Positions 14,376-31,082 of a stretch of DNA of 64,000 nucleotides are shown one piece after another. The notes beneath the pieces were generated by a model, which was not told the DNA's origin, did not search any database, and saw only the letters and a list, made by a program, of their open reading frames with translations. Numbering within the stretch: position 1 is the stretch's first letter; each line of letters opens with the position of its first letter. Source of the DNA: Escherichia coli (lineage in GTDB: Bacteria; Pseudomonadota; Gammaproteobacteria; Enterobacterales; Enterobacteriaceae); the NCBI RefSeq assembly GCF_046105845.1, contig NZ_CP151004.1; one strand, given 5' to 3'. The position numbers and the translations under genes are program-made.

Positions 14376-15209
14376 ATGGAACTCATTGAAAAACATGCCA
14401 GCTTTGGCGGCTGGCAAAATGTGTATCGGCATTATTCCCCATCACTGAAATGTGAAATGAATGTCGGCGTCTATCTCCCACCAAAAGCCGCAAGTGAAAA
14501 ATTGCCGGTGTTGTACTGGCTTTCAGGGCTGACTTGCAACGAGCAGAATTTCATTACTAAATCGGGGATGCAACGTTACGCGGCTGAGCACAACATTATT
14601 GTTGTTGCGCCGGACACCAGTCCGCGAGGCAGTCATGTCGCAGATGCTGACCGTTACGATCTCGGGCAAGGTGCCGGGTTTTACCTGAACGCAACGCAAG
14701 CGCCGTGGAATGAACATTACAAAATGTATGACTATATCCGCAACGAGCTGCCGGATTTAGTGATGCAACATTTTCCGGCAACGGCCAGAAAGTCTATCTC
14801 AGGTCATTCTATGGGCGGGCTGGGCGCACTGGTGCTGGCGTTACGTAACCCAGATGAATATGTCAGCGTCTCGGCGTTTTCGCCCATTGTCTCCCCATCG
14901 CAAGTACCGTGGGGACAGCAAGCCTTTGCCGCATATCTTGGTGAAAAAAAAGATGCCTGGTTGGATTACGACCCGGTGAGTCTTATTTCACAAGGTCAAC
15001 GCGTTGCGGAAATCATGGTTGATCAGGGATTGAGTGATGATTTTTACGCAGAACAGCTGCGGACTCCAAATCTTGAAAAGATCTGCCAGGAGATGAATAT
15101 CAAGACGTTAATCCGTTATCACGAGGGTTATGATCACAGCTATTATTTTGTCTCCAGTTTTATTGGCGAGCATATTGCCTACCACGCCAATAAACTGAAT
15201 ATGCGTTAA
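14376..15209 (+). CDS. frmB: S-formylglutathione hydrolase
   Basis: 277-aa esterase with GHSMGG serine motif. Confidence 0.94.
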   Translation: MELIEKHASFGGWQNVYRHYSPSLKCEMNVGVYLPPKAASEKLPVLYWLSGLTCNEQNFITKSGMQRYAAEHNIIVVAPDTSPRGSHVADADRYDLGQGAGFYLNATQAPWNEHYKMYDYIRNELPDLVMQHFPATARKSISGHSMGGLGALVLALRNPDEYVSVSAFSPIVSPSQVPWGQQAFAAYLGEKKDAWLDYDPVSLISQGQRVAEIMVDQGLSDDFYAEQLRTPNLEKICQEMNIKTLIRYHEGYDHSYYFVSSFIGEHIAYHANKLNMR

Positions 15210-15224
15210 TAATAGTGCACGACT

Positions 15225-15311
15225 GCCGGATGCGGCGTAAACGCCTTATCCGGTCTACGGGTGGCGCGGGAATTTGTAGGCCTGATAAGACGCGTCAGCG
15301 TCGCATCAGGC
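15225..15311. repeat. REP/BIME element (two inverted REP palindromes)
   Basis: GCCGGATGCGGCGTAAACGCCTTATCCGGTCTAC followed by GTAGGCCTGATAAGACGCGTCAGCGTCGCATCAGGC, between convergent frmB and yaiL. Confidence 0.65.
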
Positions 15312-15334
15312 ATCTGCGCACGACTTATCTATGT

Positions 15335-15874
15335 TTACCACATCAAATCATCAGGCACTTTGAAGTCGGCATACGGGTCGTCTTCATCCTGCTCTTCGGC
15401 ACTGAGCGCGCTGTGCAACACAATACTGCTGGCATCACGCTGAGCAATTTTATCGGCAACGCTGGCGGGAATAATGGCGTATTCACCTTCGCTATTGTTA
15501 TCGACCAACAAGCGGGCAATCGCCAGACGACCATTAATCAACTGCGCTTGTGTGAGCTTATCGACAAAAATCTTCTTAATCAGATTACCGTCAGTGAAGT
15601 TAAAACCAATATCGCCATTGGCAATGGTGATTCGGTTCATTTCAATGAGCTGCTTCACCTGGGCTTTATATTCTTTCGCCAACGCCGCTTGTTTTTGCTG
15701 TTCGCTAAGCTGTTTATCACGCTCAAGCTGTGCCTTTTTATTTTCTTCTACCGCCGCCCGAGCTTCACGCGCCTGAACGCGCGATTTTTTCGCCGTTCTC
15801 TCGACCTTCGCCGCTTTTTTGCTGGTGACTAATCCTGCTTTGAGCAACTGCTCTTGTAAGGTAAGTTTTGCCAT
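15335..15874 (-). CDS. yaiL: Uncharacterised DUF2058-type protein YaiL
   Basis: 179 aa from ATG 15874 (MAKLTLQEQLLKAGLV...); lysine/glutamate-rich coiled-coil-like centre. Confidence 0.8.
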   Translation of the reverse strand: MAKLTLQEQLLKAGLVTSKKAAKVERTAKKSRVQAREARAAVEENKKAQLERDKQLSEQQKQAALAKEYKAQVKQLIEMNRITIANGDIGFNFTDGNLIKKIFVDKLTQAQLINGRLAIARLLVDNNSEGEYAIIPASVADKIAQRDASSIVLHSALSAEEQDEDDPYADFKVPDDLMW

Positions 15875-15975
15875 CTTTGTTTCCAAACCCGCTGAATAAT
15901 TTTTAGCGAGTATACCTGTAAACGCCGTAGGTGTATTGGGGGCAAGTCCCTTTCGCCCCTACTTAATAAGGCGCG

Positions 15976-17187
15976 TCAGGCATCGGCGCACGGCTGCATT
16001 CGTGATCTCCGGCTCATCAAAATAAACACTGCCAGGCCGGCAACAAGAATACCCGGCGCAGAAGCGGCCATTACGCCAACCGTGCCAGTGCCTAATGCCA
16101 GCATTTTCCCGGCCAGTAACGGACCGCTCATAGCCCCCAGACGCCCTACCGCCACGGCTGTTCCCACACCTGTTGCGCGGATCTGCGAACTGTAAAACAA
16201 CGGTGCCAGGGCATACAAAACGCTTTGCCCACCTGTCGCAAACAACCCCGCGACGAATCCCGCCAGCAACATACCGTTAAATGACGACACCGTTCCCAGC
16301 GCCAGCAGCGAAGCTAACATGCCGCTATAAATCAGTAGCGACATGGTTACTGGACGCAGCTTATCCATCAATGCGCCCAACATTAACGTCCCGCTTGCCG
16401 CCCCCATTTGCAGGGCAAACATCACCCCTGCCGCCTGCGATGGCTGGAATCCTTGCTCCACCAAAAGCAGCGGTAGCCAGTTGATCAACATGTAGACCAC
16501 CAGCAGAGTGAAGAAATAACACAACCACAGCAGCAGCGTCGCGGTGGCCGTTTCTGGCGCAAATAAGGCACGCAGTGGTGGCGCGGCCTGTTTTTCGCCA
16601 GCGAAAACCACCGACTCTGGCAGCCAGCGCATTAATAGCGGCACCAGAATCAACGGCACCACACCACCTACCCAAAACACCGTTTGCCATGCTAAGTTTG
16701 CCCCCGCGAAACCCAGTGTCGCCGCCAGCGCCGCGCCAATGGGGACACCGCAATACATCAGGCTCACTGCCGTCCCACGAAAACGTGGCCCCGCGGCTTC
16801 AGACGTCAGGGCGATCAGATTCGGCAACGCCGCCCCCAGCCCGACACCGGTCATCAGTCGCGCAAAGACCAGTGAGGGGAAATCCCAGGCAATCGCCGTT
16901 GCCAGTGAGAACAAACCAAACAGCGCAACTGAGCCAATCAAAATGCGCTTGCGACCATAACGGTCCGCCAGCATTCCGCCAACCAACGCGCCGGGTAGCA
17001 AACCGAGTATTCCGGCGCTGAATATCCAGCCCATTTGCATTTTATCGAGTGCGAAAGCCTGGGCGATGCCACCCGCCGCAATGCCAGCCGCCTGAAGATC
17101 CAGCCCTTCCATCAGAGCGACCAAAAAACAAAGCCCGATAGTCAGCATCAGGCGGGATGAAGATGATGAAGGGGTACGAGTCGACAT
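15976..17187 (-). CDS. mhpT: 3-(3-hydroxyphenyl)propionate MFS transporter
   Basis: 403 aa from ATG 17187 (MSTRTPSSSSSRLMLTIGLCFLVALMEG...); 12-TM MFS. Confidence 0.9.
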   Translation of the reverse strand: MSTRTPSSSSSRLMLTIGLCFLVALMEGLDLQAAGIAAGGIAQAFALDKMQMGWIFSAGILGLLPGALVGGMLADRYGRKRILIGSVALFGLFSLATAIAWDFPSLVFARLMTGVGLGAALPNLIALTSEAAGPRFRGTAVSLMYCGVPIGAALAATLGFAGANLAWQTVFWVGGVVPLILVPLLMRWLPESVVFAGEKQAAPPLRALFAPETATATLLLWLCYFFTLLVVYMLINWLPLLLVEQGFQPSQAAGVMFALQMGAASGTLMLGALMDKLRPVTMSLLIYSGMLASLLALGTVSSFNGMLLAGFVAGLFATGGQSVLYALAPLFYSSQIRATGVGTAVAVGRLGAMSGPLLAGKMLALGTGTVGVMAASAPGILVAGLAVFILMSRRSRMQPCADA

Positions 17188-17280
17188 AAGATGAACCTCG
17201 TTGCGAGTGCAGGTGAATCGCGACTGATACATTGCCAGCCGCGTAATCAGAACCATTTAATGACTGCCTACGGGCGAAAT

Positions 17281-17314
17281 GTAGGCCGGACAAGACGTTT
17301 ACGCCGCATCCGGC
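17281..17314. repeat. REP element
   Basis: GTAGGCCGGACAAGACGTTTACGCCGCATCCGGC between mhpE and mhpT. Confidence 0.65.
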
Positions 17315-17362
17315 AGTCGTGCTGGGATGGGCATACAAAATGCACGTTCTCGGCAGTCATCA

Positions 17363-18372
17363 TTATTTGTTGTTGCGCAGATCCAGCGCCACGTCGACGA
17401 TCATATCCTCCTGGCCGCCAACCATCCGGCGTTTGCCCAGCTCAACGAGAATATCCACCGCGCTTAAGCCATAACGCGCCGCCGCCGTTTCACAGTGACG
17501 CAGGAAGCTGGAGTAAACACCGGCGTATCCCAGCGCCAGCGTTTCGCGATCGACTCGTACCGGACGATCCTGCAACGGACGCACCAGGTCGTCAGCGGCA
17601 TCCATTAACGCATAGAGATCGGTCCCATGCTGCCAACCCAGTTTATCCGCGGCGGCAATAAACACTTCCAGCGGCGCGTTACCTGCGCCCGCGCCCATTC
17701 CCGCGAGGCTGGCGTCGATTCGGTCGCAGCCCTCTTCCACCGCCGCGATAGAGTTCGCCACGCCAAGACTCAGGTTATGGTGAGCGTGCATGCCGGTTTG
17801 CGTTTCTGGTTTCAGCACTGCTTTCAGGGCGCGGAAACGGTCACGGATATCGCTCATGTTCATCGCACCGCCAGAATCCACCACATAAATACAGGTCGCA
17901 CCGTAGCCTTCCATCAGCTTTGCCTGCTTTGCGAGATTCTCCGGCGTGGTCATATGGCTCATCATCAGAAAACCAACGGTGTCCATTCCGAGCTCGCGGG
18001 CATACTGAATATGCTGGGCGGAAACATCAGCTTCGGTACAGTGCGTAGCCACACGAACCACCCGCGCGCCAGCCTGCCAGGCATTTTTCAGATCGTGAAT
18101 AGTGCCGATTCCAGGCAGCAACAACGTCGCGATTTTGGCGTGCTTCACCACATCCGCCGCCGCTTCAATCCATTCAAGGTCGCTATGTGCGCCGAAACCA
18201 TAGTTAAAGCTGGAACCTTGCAAACCGTCGCCGTGGGCCACTTCAATCGAATCCACGCGGGCATCGTCCAGTGCTTTGGCAACCTGGCGAACGTTTTCCA
18301 ATGAATACTGATGACGAATGGCGTGCATACCATCACGCAACGTGACGTCCGAGATATAAAGTTTTTTATCGT

Positions 18373-18376
<4 letters not shown>
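17363..18376 (-). CDS. mhpE: 4-hydroxy-2-oxovalerate aldolase
   Basis: 337 aa; HMG/aldolase TIM-barrel; 4-nt overlap with mhpF. Confidence 0.94.
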
Positions 18377-20138
<1,762 letters not shown>

Positions 20139-21005
20139 TTAAGGGCGTGCGAGGAAATTCAGCACCAGTTGATTGAAAGCGTCGGCATGTTCCCACTGCG
20201 CCCAGTGACCACAGTCGCGGAAGATATGCAGTTCAGAACCGGCAATGCCGGACAGCAGACGCAGACCCGCATCCATCGGCACAAAGCGGTCGTTGCGCCC
20301 CCAGACAATCAGGGTTTGCGCTTTGATTTCCGCCAGACGTGGGCCAAAATCCGGGAACTGTTTCGGATTGGCTTCCAGGCTCTTAACGAAGTTTTCCAGG
20401 TGATCGCGGCGCGACAGCATATTATTCAGGCGCGCTTCAAACAGGGCGTCGGTCAAATCGCTGGTATCAAAAACGAAGATATCCATCATCAGCTTCAGGT
20501 TTTCGATAGTCGGCTGACGATAAAGCTGATTCAGTCGCTTAATACCTTCGGTTGGCATCGGCGTAAACAAACTCATGCCGCCCGTACCGCCGCCCATCAG
20601 CACCAGTTTGCCGACGCGCTCCGGCCAGTTAAGAGTGAACGCCACAGAACTGTGGCCGCCCATCGAGTTGCCCAGCAGGTGGATTTTGGCGATATCCAGT
20701 TGATCCACCACGCTTTTCAGGATTCGCGCATTAAGATCCGATCGCGAATCACTATTAACGATCGAATCGCTCTTACCCCAACCCGGACAATCCAGCAGGA
20801 TCACCCGATAGCCCGCCTCTACCAGCGGATCGATATTGCGGCTGAAGTTCGCCCAGCCAGTAGCACCCGGGCCGGAACCGTGCAGCAGGACAACGGTTTC
20901 GTCGCCTTGTCCGCAGTCATTAAAATGGATGCGCAGCGTTTTACCCGCTTCTTCTACATTCAGAAAACGGCTGGTGGCGGCTTCGGTTTGTGGCTGATAA
21001 CTCAT
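20139..21005 (-). CDS. mhpC: 2-hydroxy-6-ketonona-2,4-dienedioate hydrolase (alpha/beta hydrolase)
   Basis: 288 aa from ATG 21005 ([17 protein letters not shown]...); GNSMGG nucleophile elbow; the track ORF extends upstream into mhpB. Confidence 0.9.
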   Translation of the reverse strand: MSYQPQTEAATSRFLNVEEAGKTLRIHFNDCGQGDETVVLLHGSGPGATGWANFSRNIDPLVEAGYRVILLDCPGWGKSDSIVNSDSRSDLNARILKSVVDQLDIAKIHLLGNSMGGHSSVAFTLNWPERVGKLVLMGGGTGGMSLFTPMPTEGIKRLNQLYRQPTIENLKLMMDIFVFDTSDLTDALFEARLNNMLSRRDHLENFVKSLEANPKQFPDFGPRLAEIKAQTLIVWGRNDRFVPMDAGLRLLSGIAGSELHIFRDCGHWAQWEHADAFNQLVLNFLARP

Positions 21006-21022
21006 CATCTTCTCCTGCATAT

Positions 21023-21967
21023 TCAGTTCTCTGTTCTGGCGCTTAACGAGCCAAATCCGGCAATCCACTCCGGGATTGGGCGGTAATAACGCCCTTCGCT
21101 ACGCCAGTTGCCAAACGCAGAAATAGCGGCAAAAGCGGCGACCCAGGTTTTGATTTCATGTGTCGACTTTCCGGCAATGGCGGAAAGCTCTTCGTTACTG
21201 ACGGCATCCAGTTCCTGTATGCGTCCCTGCTCCAGCAAAGTCATGAACTGGTTATCCCAAATCGGGTTGAGCGGATGCAGCGTTCTCTGATCCTCAACAA
21301 ACTTCTCAGCGGCGCTAATCACCCGTTGCTGACGCAATTCGCGCTCACTGGCGGGTAAATCTTTCCCGCTCCCCAATAGACGGTCGCGCATATGGGCATC
21401 GGCTTTCGCCAGTTCTGGCACCGGCGGCTGATGGGAAAGCCCACCGGACCCAAGGAACAGCACGCGTTTATTGAGAGTGCTGGTGAAACGTCCAATGGCT
21501 TCCCCCAACATGCGGGTACGCTGGAAACCGGGCAGCGGCGTGGCGACACCGTTGATGAACACCGGCAGTACTGGCACCTTATCCAGCCCGCCGAGCAGGA
21601 ACTCCAGCGGCTGGGCGAACCCGTGGTCCACCTGCATACAGTAAGAAACGGCAAGATCGATCCCGCTCTTCATGACGGCATGCGCACAGGCCTCCGCCAG
21701 CTCCACAGGCACGGGCAGCTCACCTGCCGCACTGCCGAAATCACCAATTGCCGTCGCTCCAACGCCTAAACAGAACGGTGGCATCACGTCATAGAAAAAG
21801 CCGTTGTAGTGATCTGGCGCAAACAGCACCACTAGTTCAGGGGAGAAAGCCGCAATACGCTCGCGGGCGCTGGCAATCACGCCATTGACCTCATCGAGTA
21901 CCTCTTGCGCCGGGTCGACATATCCCACCAGCGGCGAGTGGGAAAGACAGTGAAGATAAGCGTGCAT
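21023..21967 (-). CDS. mhpB: 3-(2,3-dihydroxyphenyl)propionate 1,2-dioxygenase (extradiol)
   Basis: 314 aa, begins [19 protein letters not shown]. Confidence 0.94.
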
Positions 21968-21968
21968 A

Positions 21969-23633
21969 TCAGGCTACCTTTTCGACAGAAACGTCGGCAT
22001 CAGGGCGGGTCAGCGTCATTACCGACGCCAGTTTATTCAGCGTATTACCCAGAGTTTGCGGAATGGCGGTGGCGGCAACAAAGCGATCCGGGCGCATCAC
22101 CACCAGCGAAGCATTGTGTTGCGCGAACCAGCTACGCAGGCGACCTTGCGTATCGCCCACGCGTAGTACGCCGTCGTGGTTATCCTGTGCGGTATGAATT
22201 TGCACTTCCGGCACCACCTGAATGAAGCGTGTGCCCAACGCGCGCCACTGCTGGATTTGCTCGTCGCTCATCCCCCACAGTGGATTGCATCCCCAGCCAA
22301 TTACCGCGAAGTTCGCGCCGATCGCGTTATCGAGTAGCGTCACGTCGCCGTTTTCCAGCGTGACTTTCGGCTGAATAAGCATCTTGCCGACCGGAGAGTG
22401 CTTCGCTTCGCCCTCACGCACCAGCGCACCGCCGTAATATTGCGGCATCGGCTTGAAGCGCATTTCGAGGAAGTAGCGTTTTACTGGCGGCAGATAATTC
22501 AGCAGCCAGGAAACGCCGTCACGTAACGTACCCTGCCAGCGTTTCGGCGGAGCCAGCACGTTGCCCGCCGTCACAGACAGGTCAATCATCGCTTTGGCGT
22601 GATCGCGACGTTCTTGTTGATAGGTATCGAGTAGCGCATCACGGGCTTTCCCCTGGATAACCAACGCCAGTTTCCATGCGAGGTTAAAGGCGTCGCGCAT
22701 ACCACTGTTATAGCCCTGCCCCTGCCACACCGGCATGATGTGCGCGGCATCGCCCGCCAGCAGTACGCGATCAATACGAAAACGTTGCGCCAGTCGCGCG
22801 TTGTGGGTGTAGACACGCTGGCGAATCAATTCAACATTGTCCGGATTAGGCAGCACTTTGCTTAACAGCTTGCGCATATTTTGCGGCTCACGCAGCTGTT
22901 CTTCGGTTTCTCCCGGCATCACCATAAATTCAAAGCGACGTACCGCATGAGGCAGCGCGGCAGAAACATACGGGCGCACCGGATCACAACACAAATAGAT
23001 ATGCGGCGTACTTAACGGATCGTTGGCGATATCTACCACAATCCACTGATTTGGCGCAGTTTTACCTTCAAACGGCACATTCAGAGTGCGACGGACAAAA
23101 CTTGCCCCACCATCACAGGCCACCAGCCACTGGGCTTTGACCGTTTCCCGCTGCCCTTCTTCCGTTTTCAGGTGCAAGGTCACTTCGTCATCTTGCTGGC
23201 TGAAGGCCTCCAGCTCGCGGGAAAACAGGCAGCGCACATTCGGAAAACGCGACAATCCTTCCAGCATCACCGCATCGACCTGAGGCTGAATAAAGGCGTT
23301 ACGGCGCGGCCAGCCAAATTCATCGGTCATTGGCTGAATATCAGCAAAACAGCGACCTTTTGGGGTGAGAAAACGCATCGCGTGCCACGGCGTAGTGTGC
23401 GGCAGAACATTATCGACCAGGCCAACCGACTGCATGGTGCGCAGCGCCTCGTCATCAATACCAATCGCACGCGGGTAGTCGATCAACTTATCGAGTTTCT
23501 CCACCACCAGCACGTCAATGCCCATCTGGCCGAGATAGTTCGCCATCATCAGCCCGACCGGACCGGCACCAGCGATCGCCACCTGAACGCTATGGTTAAC
23601 AGCAGGCTGGATGTCAGGGTGTTGTATTGCCAT
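21969..23633 (-). CDS. mhpA: 3-(3-hydroxyphenyl)propionate hydroxylase (FAD monooxygenase)
   Basis: 554 aa; FAD motif [21 protein letters not shown]. Confidence 0.94.
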   Translation of the reverse strand: MAIQHPDIQPAVNHSVQVAIAGAGPVGLMMANYLGQMGIDVLVVEKLDKLIDYPRAIGIDDEALRTMQSVGLVDNVLPHTTPWHAMRFLTPKGRCFADIQPMTDEFGWPRRNAFIQPQVDAVMLEGLSRFPNVRCLFSRELEAFSQQDDEVTLHLKTEEGQRETVKAQWLVACDGGASFVRRTLNVPFEGKTAPNQWIVVDIANDPLSTPHIYLCCDPVRPYVSAALPHAVRRFEFMVMPGETEEQLREPQNMRKLLSKVLPNPDNVELIRQRVYTHNARLAQRFRIDRVLLAGDAAHIMPVWQGQGYNSGMRDAFNLAWKLALVIQGKARDALLDTYQQERRDHAKAMIDLSVTAGNVLAPPKRWQGTLRDGVSWLLNYLPPVKRYFLEMRFKPMPQYYGGALVREGEAKHSPVGKMLIQPKVTLENGDVTLLDNAIGANFAVIGWGCNPLWGMSDEQIQQWRALGTRFIQVVPEVQIHTAQDNHDGVLRVGDTQGRLRSWFAQHNASLVVMRPDRFVAATAIPQTLGNTLNKLASVMTLTRPDADVSVEKVA

Positions 23634-23774
23634 TTCAGTACCTCACGACTCGGACAAAATGCCGTTGCGCGCACAGTACAGCGCAACTTATTTTGTTAAA
23701 AACATGTAAATGATTTTTTATTGTGCGCTCAGTATAGGAAGGGTGTTTTCGGCTACAATCAAAACATGCCCGAA

Positions 23775-23791
23775 TGTGCACCAGGTGCACC
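23775..23791. promoter_or_regulatory. MhpR operator palindrome in the mhpR-mhpA divergent region
   Basis: TGTGCACCAGGTGCACC (GGTGCAC inverted repeat) matches the MhpR site as I recall it from the literature. Confidence 0.6.
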
Positions 23792-23823
23792 ACGTTGTTT
23801 TAACTATATAAATGTCAATTAAT

Positions 23824-24657
23824 ATGCAGAACAATGAGCAGACGGAATACAAAACCGTGCGCGGCTTAACCCGCGGTCTAATGTTATTAAATATGTTAAA
23901 TAAACTTGATGGCGGTGCCAGCGTCGGGCTGCTGGCGGAACTCAGCGGCCTGCATCGCACCACTGTGCGGCGACTGCTGGAGACGCTGCAGGAAGAGGGA
24001 TATGTCCGGCGTAGTCCCTCCGATGATAGTTTCCGTTTGACCATCAAAGTGCGGCAATTAAGCGAAGGATTTCGTGACGAACAGTGGATTTCTGCACTGG
24101 CGGCCCCACTGCTGGGCGATCTGTTGCGCGAAGTGGTATGGCCGACAGATGTGTCCACGCTGGATGTTGATGCAATGGTGGTACGCGAAACCACCCATCG
24201 TTTCAGCCGATTATCTTTTCACCGGGCAATGGTCGGGCGACGGTTACCGCTTCTGAAAACCGCCTCGGGCCTGACCTGGCTGGCCTTTTGCCCGGAACAA
24301 GAACGCAAGGAATTAATCGAGATGTTAGCCTCCCGCCCCGGTGATGACTATCAACTGGCACGGGAACCGTTAAAGCTGGAAGCCATTCTGGCGCGCGCGC
24401 GCAAAGAGGGGTACGGACAGAACTACCGCGGCTGGGATCAAGAAGAAAAGATCGCCTCTATTGCCGTACCGCTGCGCAGTGAACAACGGGTGATTGGCTG
24501 TCTGAATCTGGTGTATATGGCGAGCGCAATGACCATTGAACAGGCAGCGGAAAAGCATCTTCCGGCGCTACAACGGGTGGCAAAACAGATCGAAGAAGGG
24601 GTTGAATCGCAGGCTATTCTGGTGGCCGGACGGCGAAGCGGCATGCATTTACGTTGA
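23824..24657 (+). CDS. mhpR: IclR-family transcriptional activator of the mhp operon
   Basis: 277 aa from ATG 23824; divergent from mhpA. Confidence 0.9.
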   Translation: MQNNEQTEYKTVRGLTRGLMLLNMLNKLDGGASVGLLAELSGLHRTTVRRLLETLQEEGYVRRSPSDDSFRLTIKVRQLSEGFRDEQWISALAAPLLGDLLREVVWPTDVSTLDVDAMVVRETTHRFSRLSFHRAMVGRRLPLLKTASGLTWLAFCPEQERKELIEMLASRPGDDYQLAREPLKLEAILARARKEGYGQNYRGWDQEEKIASIAVPLRSEQRVIGCLNLVYMASAMTIEQAAEKHLPALQRVAKQIEEGVESQAILVAGRRSGMHLR

Positions 24658-24733
24658 CACCATCGAATGGCGCAAAACCTTTCGCGGTATGGCATGATAG
24701 CGCCCGGAAGAGAGTCAATTCAGGGTGGTGAAT
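24654..24733 (+). promoter_or_regulatory. lacI promoter region
   Basis: Classic sequence GACACCATCGAATGGCGCAAAACCTTTCGCGGTATGGCATGATAGCGCCCGGAAGAGAGTCAATTCAGGGTGGTGAAT; -35 GCGCAA 24670-24675, -10 CATGAT 24693-24698. Confidence 0.7.
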
Positions 24734-25816
24734 GTGAAACCAGTAACGCTATACGATGTCGCAGAGTATGCCGGTGTCTCTTATCAGACCGTTTCCCGCG
24801 TGGTGAACCAGGCCAGCCACGTTTCTGCGAAAACGCGGGAAAAAGTGGAAGCGGCGATGGCGGAGCTGAATTACATTCCCAACCGCGTGGCACAACAACT
24901 GGCGGGCAAACAGTCGTTGCTGATTGGCGTTGCCACCTCCAGTCTGGCCCTGCACGCGCCGTCGCAAATTGTCGCGGCGATTAAATCTCGCGCCGATCAA
25001 CTGGGTGCCAGCGTGGTGGTGTCGATGGTAGAACGAAGCGGCGTCGAAGCCTGTAAAGCGGCGGTGCACAATCTTCTCGCGCAACGCGTCAGTGGGCTGA
25101 TCATTAACTATCCGCTGGATGACCAGGATGCCATTGCTGTGGAAGCTGCCTGCACTAATGTTCCGGCTTTATTTCTTGATGTCTCTGACCAGACACCCAT
25201 CAACAGTATTATTTTCTCCCATGAAGACGGTACGCGACTGGGCGTGGAGCATCTGGTCGCATTGGGTCACCAGCAAATCGCGCTGTTAGCAGGTCCATTA
25301 AGTTCTGTCTCGGCGCGTCTGCGTCTGGCGGGCTGGCATAAATATCTCACACGCAATCAAATTCAGCCGATAGCGGAACGGGAAGGCGACTGGAGTGCCA
25401 TGTCCGGTTTTCAACAAACCATGCAAATGCTGAATGAGGGCATCGTTCCCACTGCGATGCTGGTTGCCAACGATCAGATGGCGCTGGGCGCAATGCGCGC
25501 CATTACCGAGTCCGGGCTGCGCGTTGGTGCGGATATCTCGGTAGTGGGATACGACGATACCGAAGACAGCTCGTGTTATATCCCGCCGTTAACCACCATC
25601 AAACAGGATTTTCGCCTGCTGGGGCAAACCAGCGTGGACCGCTTGCTGCAACTCTCTCAGGGCCAGGCGGTGAAGGGCAATCAGCTGTTGCCCGTCTCAC
25701 TGGTGAAAAGAAAAACCACCCTTCCGCCCAATACGCAAACCGCTTCTCCCCAGGCGTTGGCAGATTCTTTAATGCAGCTGGCGCGACAAATTTCCCGACT
25801 CGAAAGCGGGCAGTGA
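24734..25816 (+). CDS. lacI: Lactose operon repressor LacI
   Basis: GTG start at 24734 (MKPVTLYDVAEYAGVSYQTVSRVVNQ...), 360 aa; a few substitutions relative to the K-12 protein as I recall it. Confidence 0.97.
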   Translation: MKPVTLYDVAEYAGVSYQTVSRVVNQASHVSAKTREKVEAAMAELNYIPNRVAQQLAGKQSLLIGVATSSLALHAPSQIVAAIKSRADQLGASVVVSMVERSGVEACKAAVHNLLAQRVSGLIINYPLDDQDAIAVEAACTNVPALFLDVSDQTPINSIIFSHEDGTRLGVEHLVALGHQQIALLAGPLSSVSARLRLAGWHKYLTRNQIQPIAEREGDWSAMSGFQQTMQMLNEGIVPTAMLVANDQMALGAMRAITESGLRVGADISVVGYDDTEDSSCYIPPLTTIKQDFRLLGQTSVDRLLQLSQGQAVKGNQLLPVSLVKRKTTLPPNTQTASPQALADSLMQLARQISRLESGQ

Positions 25817-25829
25817 GCGCAACGCAATT
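25809..25829 (+). promoter_or_regulatory. lac operator O3
   Basis: GGCAGTGAGCGCAACGCAATT overlapping the lacI stop. Confidence 0.85.
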
Positions 25830-25850
25830 AATGTGAGTCAGCTCACTCAT
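25829..25850 (+). promoter_or_regulatory. CRP (CAP) binding site of the lac promoter
   Basis: TGTGA-N6-TCACT centred 61.5 bp upstream of the inferred transcription start at 25901; reads GTCAGC where K-12 has GTTAGC. Confidence 0.85.
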
Positions 25851-25864
25851 TAGGCACCCCAGGC

Positions 25865-25894
25865 TTTACACTTTATGCGTCCGGCTCGTATGTT
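25865..25894 (+). promoter_or_regulatory. lac promoter -35/-10
   Basis: TTTACA (25865-25870), 18-bp spacer, TATGTT (25889-25894). Confidence 0.9.
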
Positions 25895-25900
25895 GTGTGG

Positions 25901-29013
<3,113 letters not shown>

Positions 29014-29019
29014 TAATAA

Positions 29020-30318
<1,299 letters not shown>

Positions 30319-30325
30319 GCAATTA

Positions 30326-30357
30326 ATGTCGGATGCGGCGCGAGCGCCTTATCCGAC
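30326..30357. repeat. REP-like palindrome between lacY and lacA
   Basis: ATGTCGGATGCGGCGCGAGCGCCTTATCCGAC. Confidence 0.45.
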
Positions 30358-30383
30358 CAACATATCAGGACGGAATGATCGCA

Positions 30384-30995
30384 ATGAACATGCCAATGAC
30401 CGAAAGAATAAAAGCAGGCAAGCTATTTACCGATATGTGCGAAGGCTTACCGGAAAAAAGACTTCGTGGGAAAACGTTAATGTATGAGTTTAATCACTCG
30501 CATCCATCAGAAGTTGAAAAAAGAGAAAGCCTGATTAAAGAAATGTTTGCCACGGTAGGGGAAAACGCCTGGGTAGAACCACCCGTCTATTTCTCTTACG
30601 GTTCCAACATCCATATAGGCCGCAATTTTTATGCAAATTTCAATTTAACCATTGTCGATGACTACACGGTAACGATCGGTGATAACGTATTGATTGCACC
30701 CAATGTTACTCTTTCCGTTACGGGACACCCTGTACACCATGAATTGAGAAAAAACGGTGAGATGTACTCTTTTCCGATAACGATTGGCAATAACGTCTGG
30801 ATCGGAAGTCATGTGGTCATTAATCCAGGCGTCACCATCGGGGATAATTCTGTTATTGGCGCGGGTAGTGTCGTCACAAAAGACATTCCACCAAACGTCG
30901 TGGCTGCTGGCGTTCCTTGCCGGGTTATTCGCGTAATAAACGACCGGGATAAGCACTATTATTACAAAGATTATAAAGTTGAACCTTCAGTTTAA
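30384..30995 (+). CDS. lacA: Galactoside O-acetyltransferase (hexapeptide family)
   Basis: 203 aa from ATG 30384 (MNMPMTERIKAGKLFTDMCEGLPEKRLRGKTLMYEFNHSHPSEVEKR...). Confidence 0.96.
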   Translation: MNMPMTERIKAGKLFTDMCEGLPEKRLRGKTLMYEFNHSHPSEVEKRESLIKEMFATVGENAWVEPPVYFSYGSNIHIGRNFYANFNLTIVDDYTVTIGDNVLIAPNVTLSVTGHPVHHELRKNGEMYSFPITIGNNVWIGSHVVINPGVTIGDNSVIGAGSVVTKDIPPNVVAAGVPCRVIRVINDRDKHYYYKDYKVEPSV

Positions 30996-31012
30996 ATAAG
31001 CACTGAAATAAA

Positions 31013-31042
31013 TGTCGGATGCGCCATTGGGCACATCCGACA
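31013..31042. terminator. Convergent hairpin terminator between lacA and cynX
   Basis: TGTCGGATGCGCC-ATT-GGCACATCCGACA; on the minus strand it is followed by TTTATTT. Confidence 0.5.
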
Positions 31043-31082
31043 ATAATTCACTCTTCCATTATATGGCGAAACAAGCGTCGCA

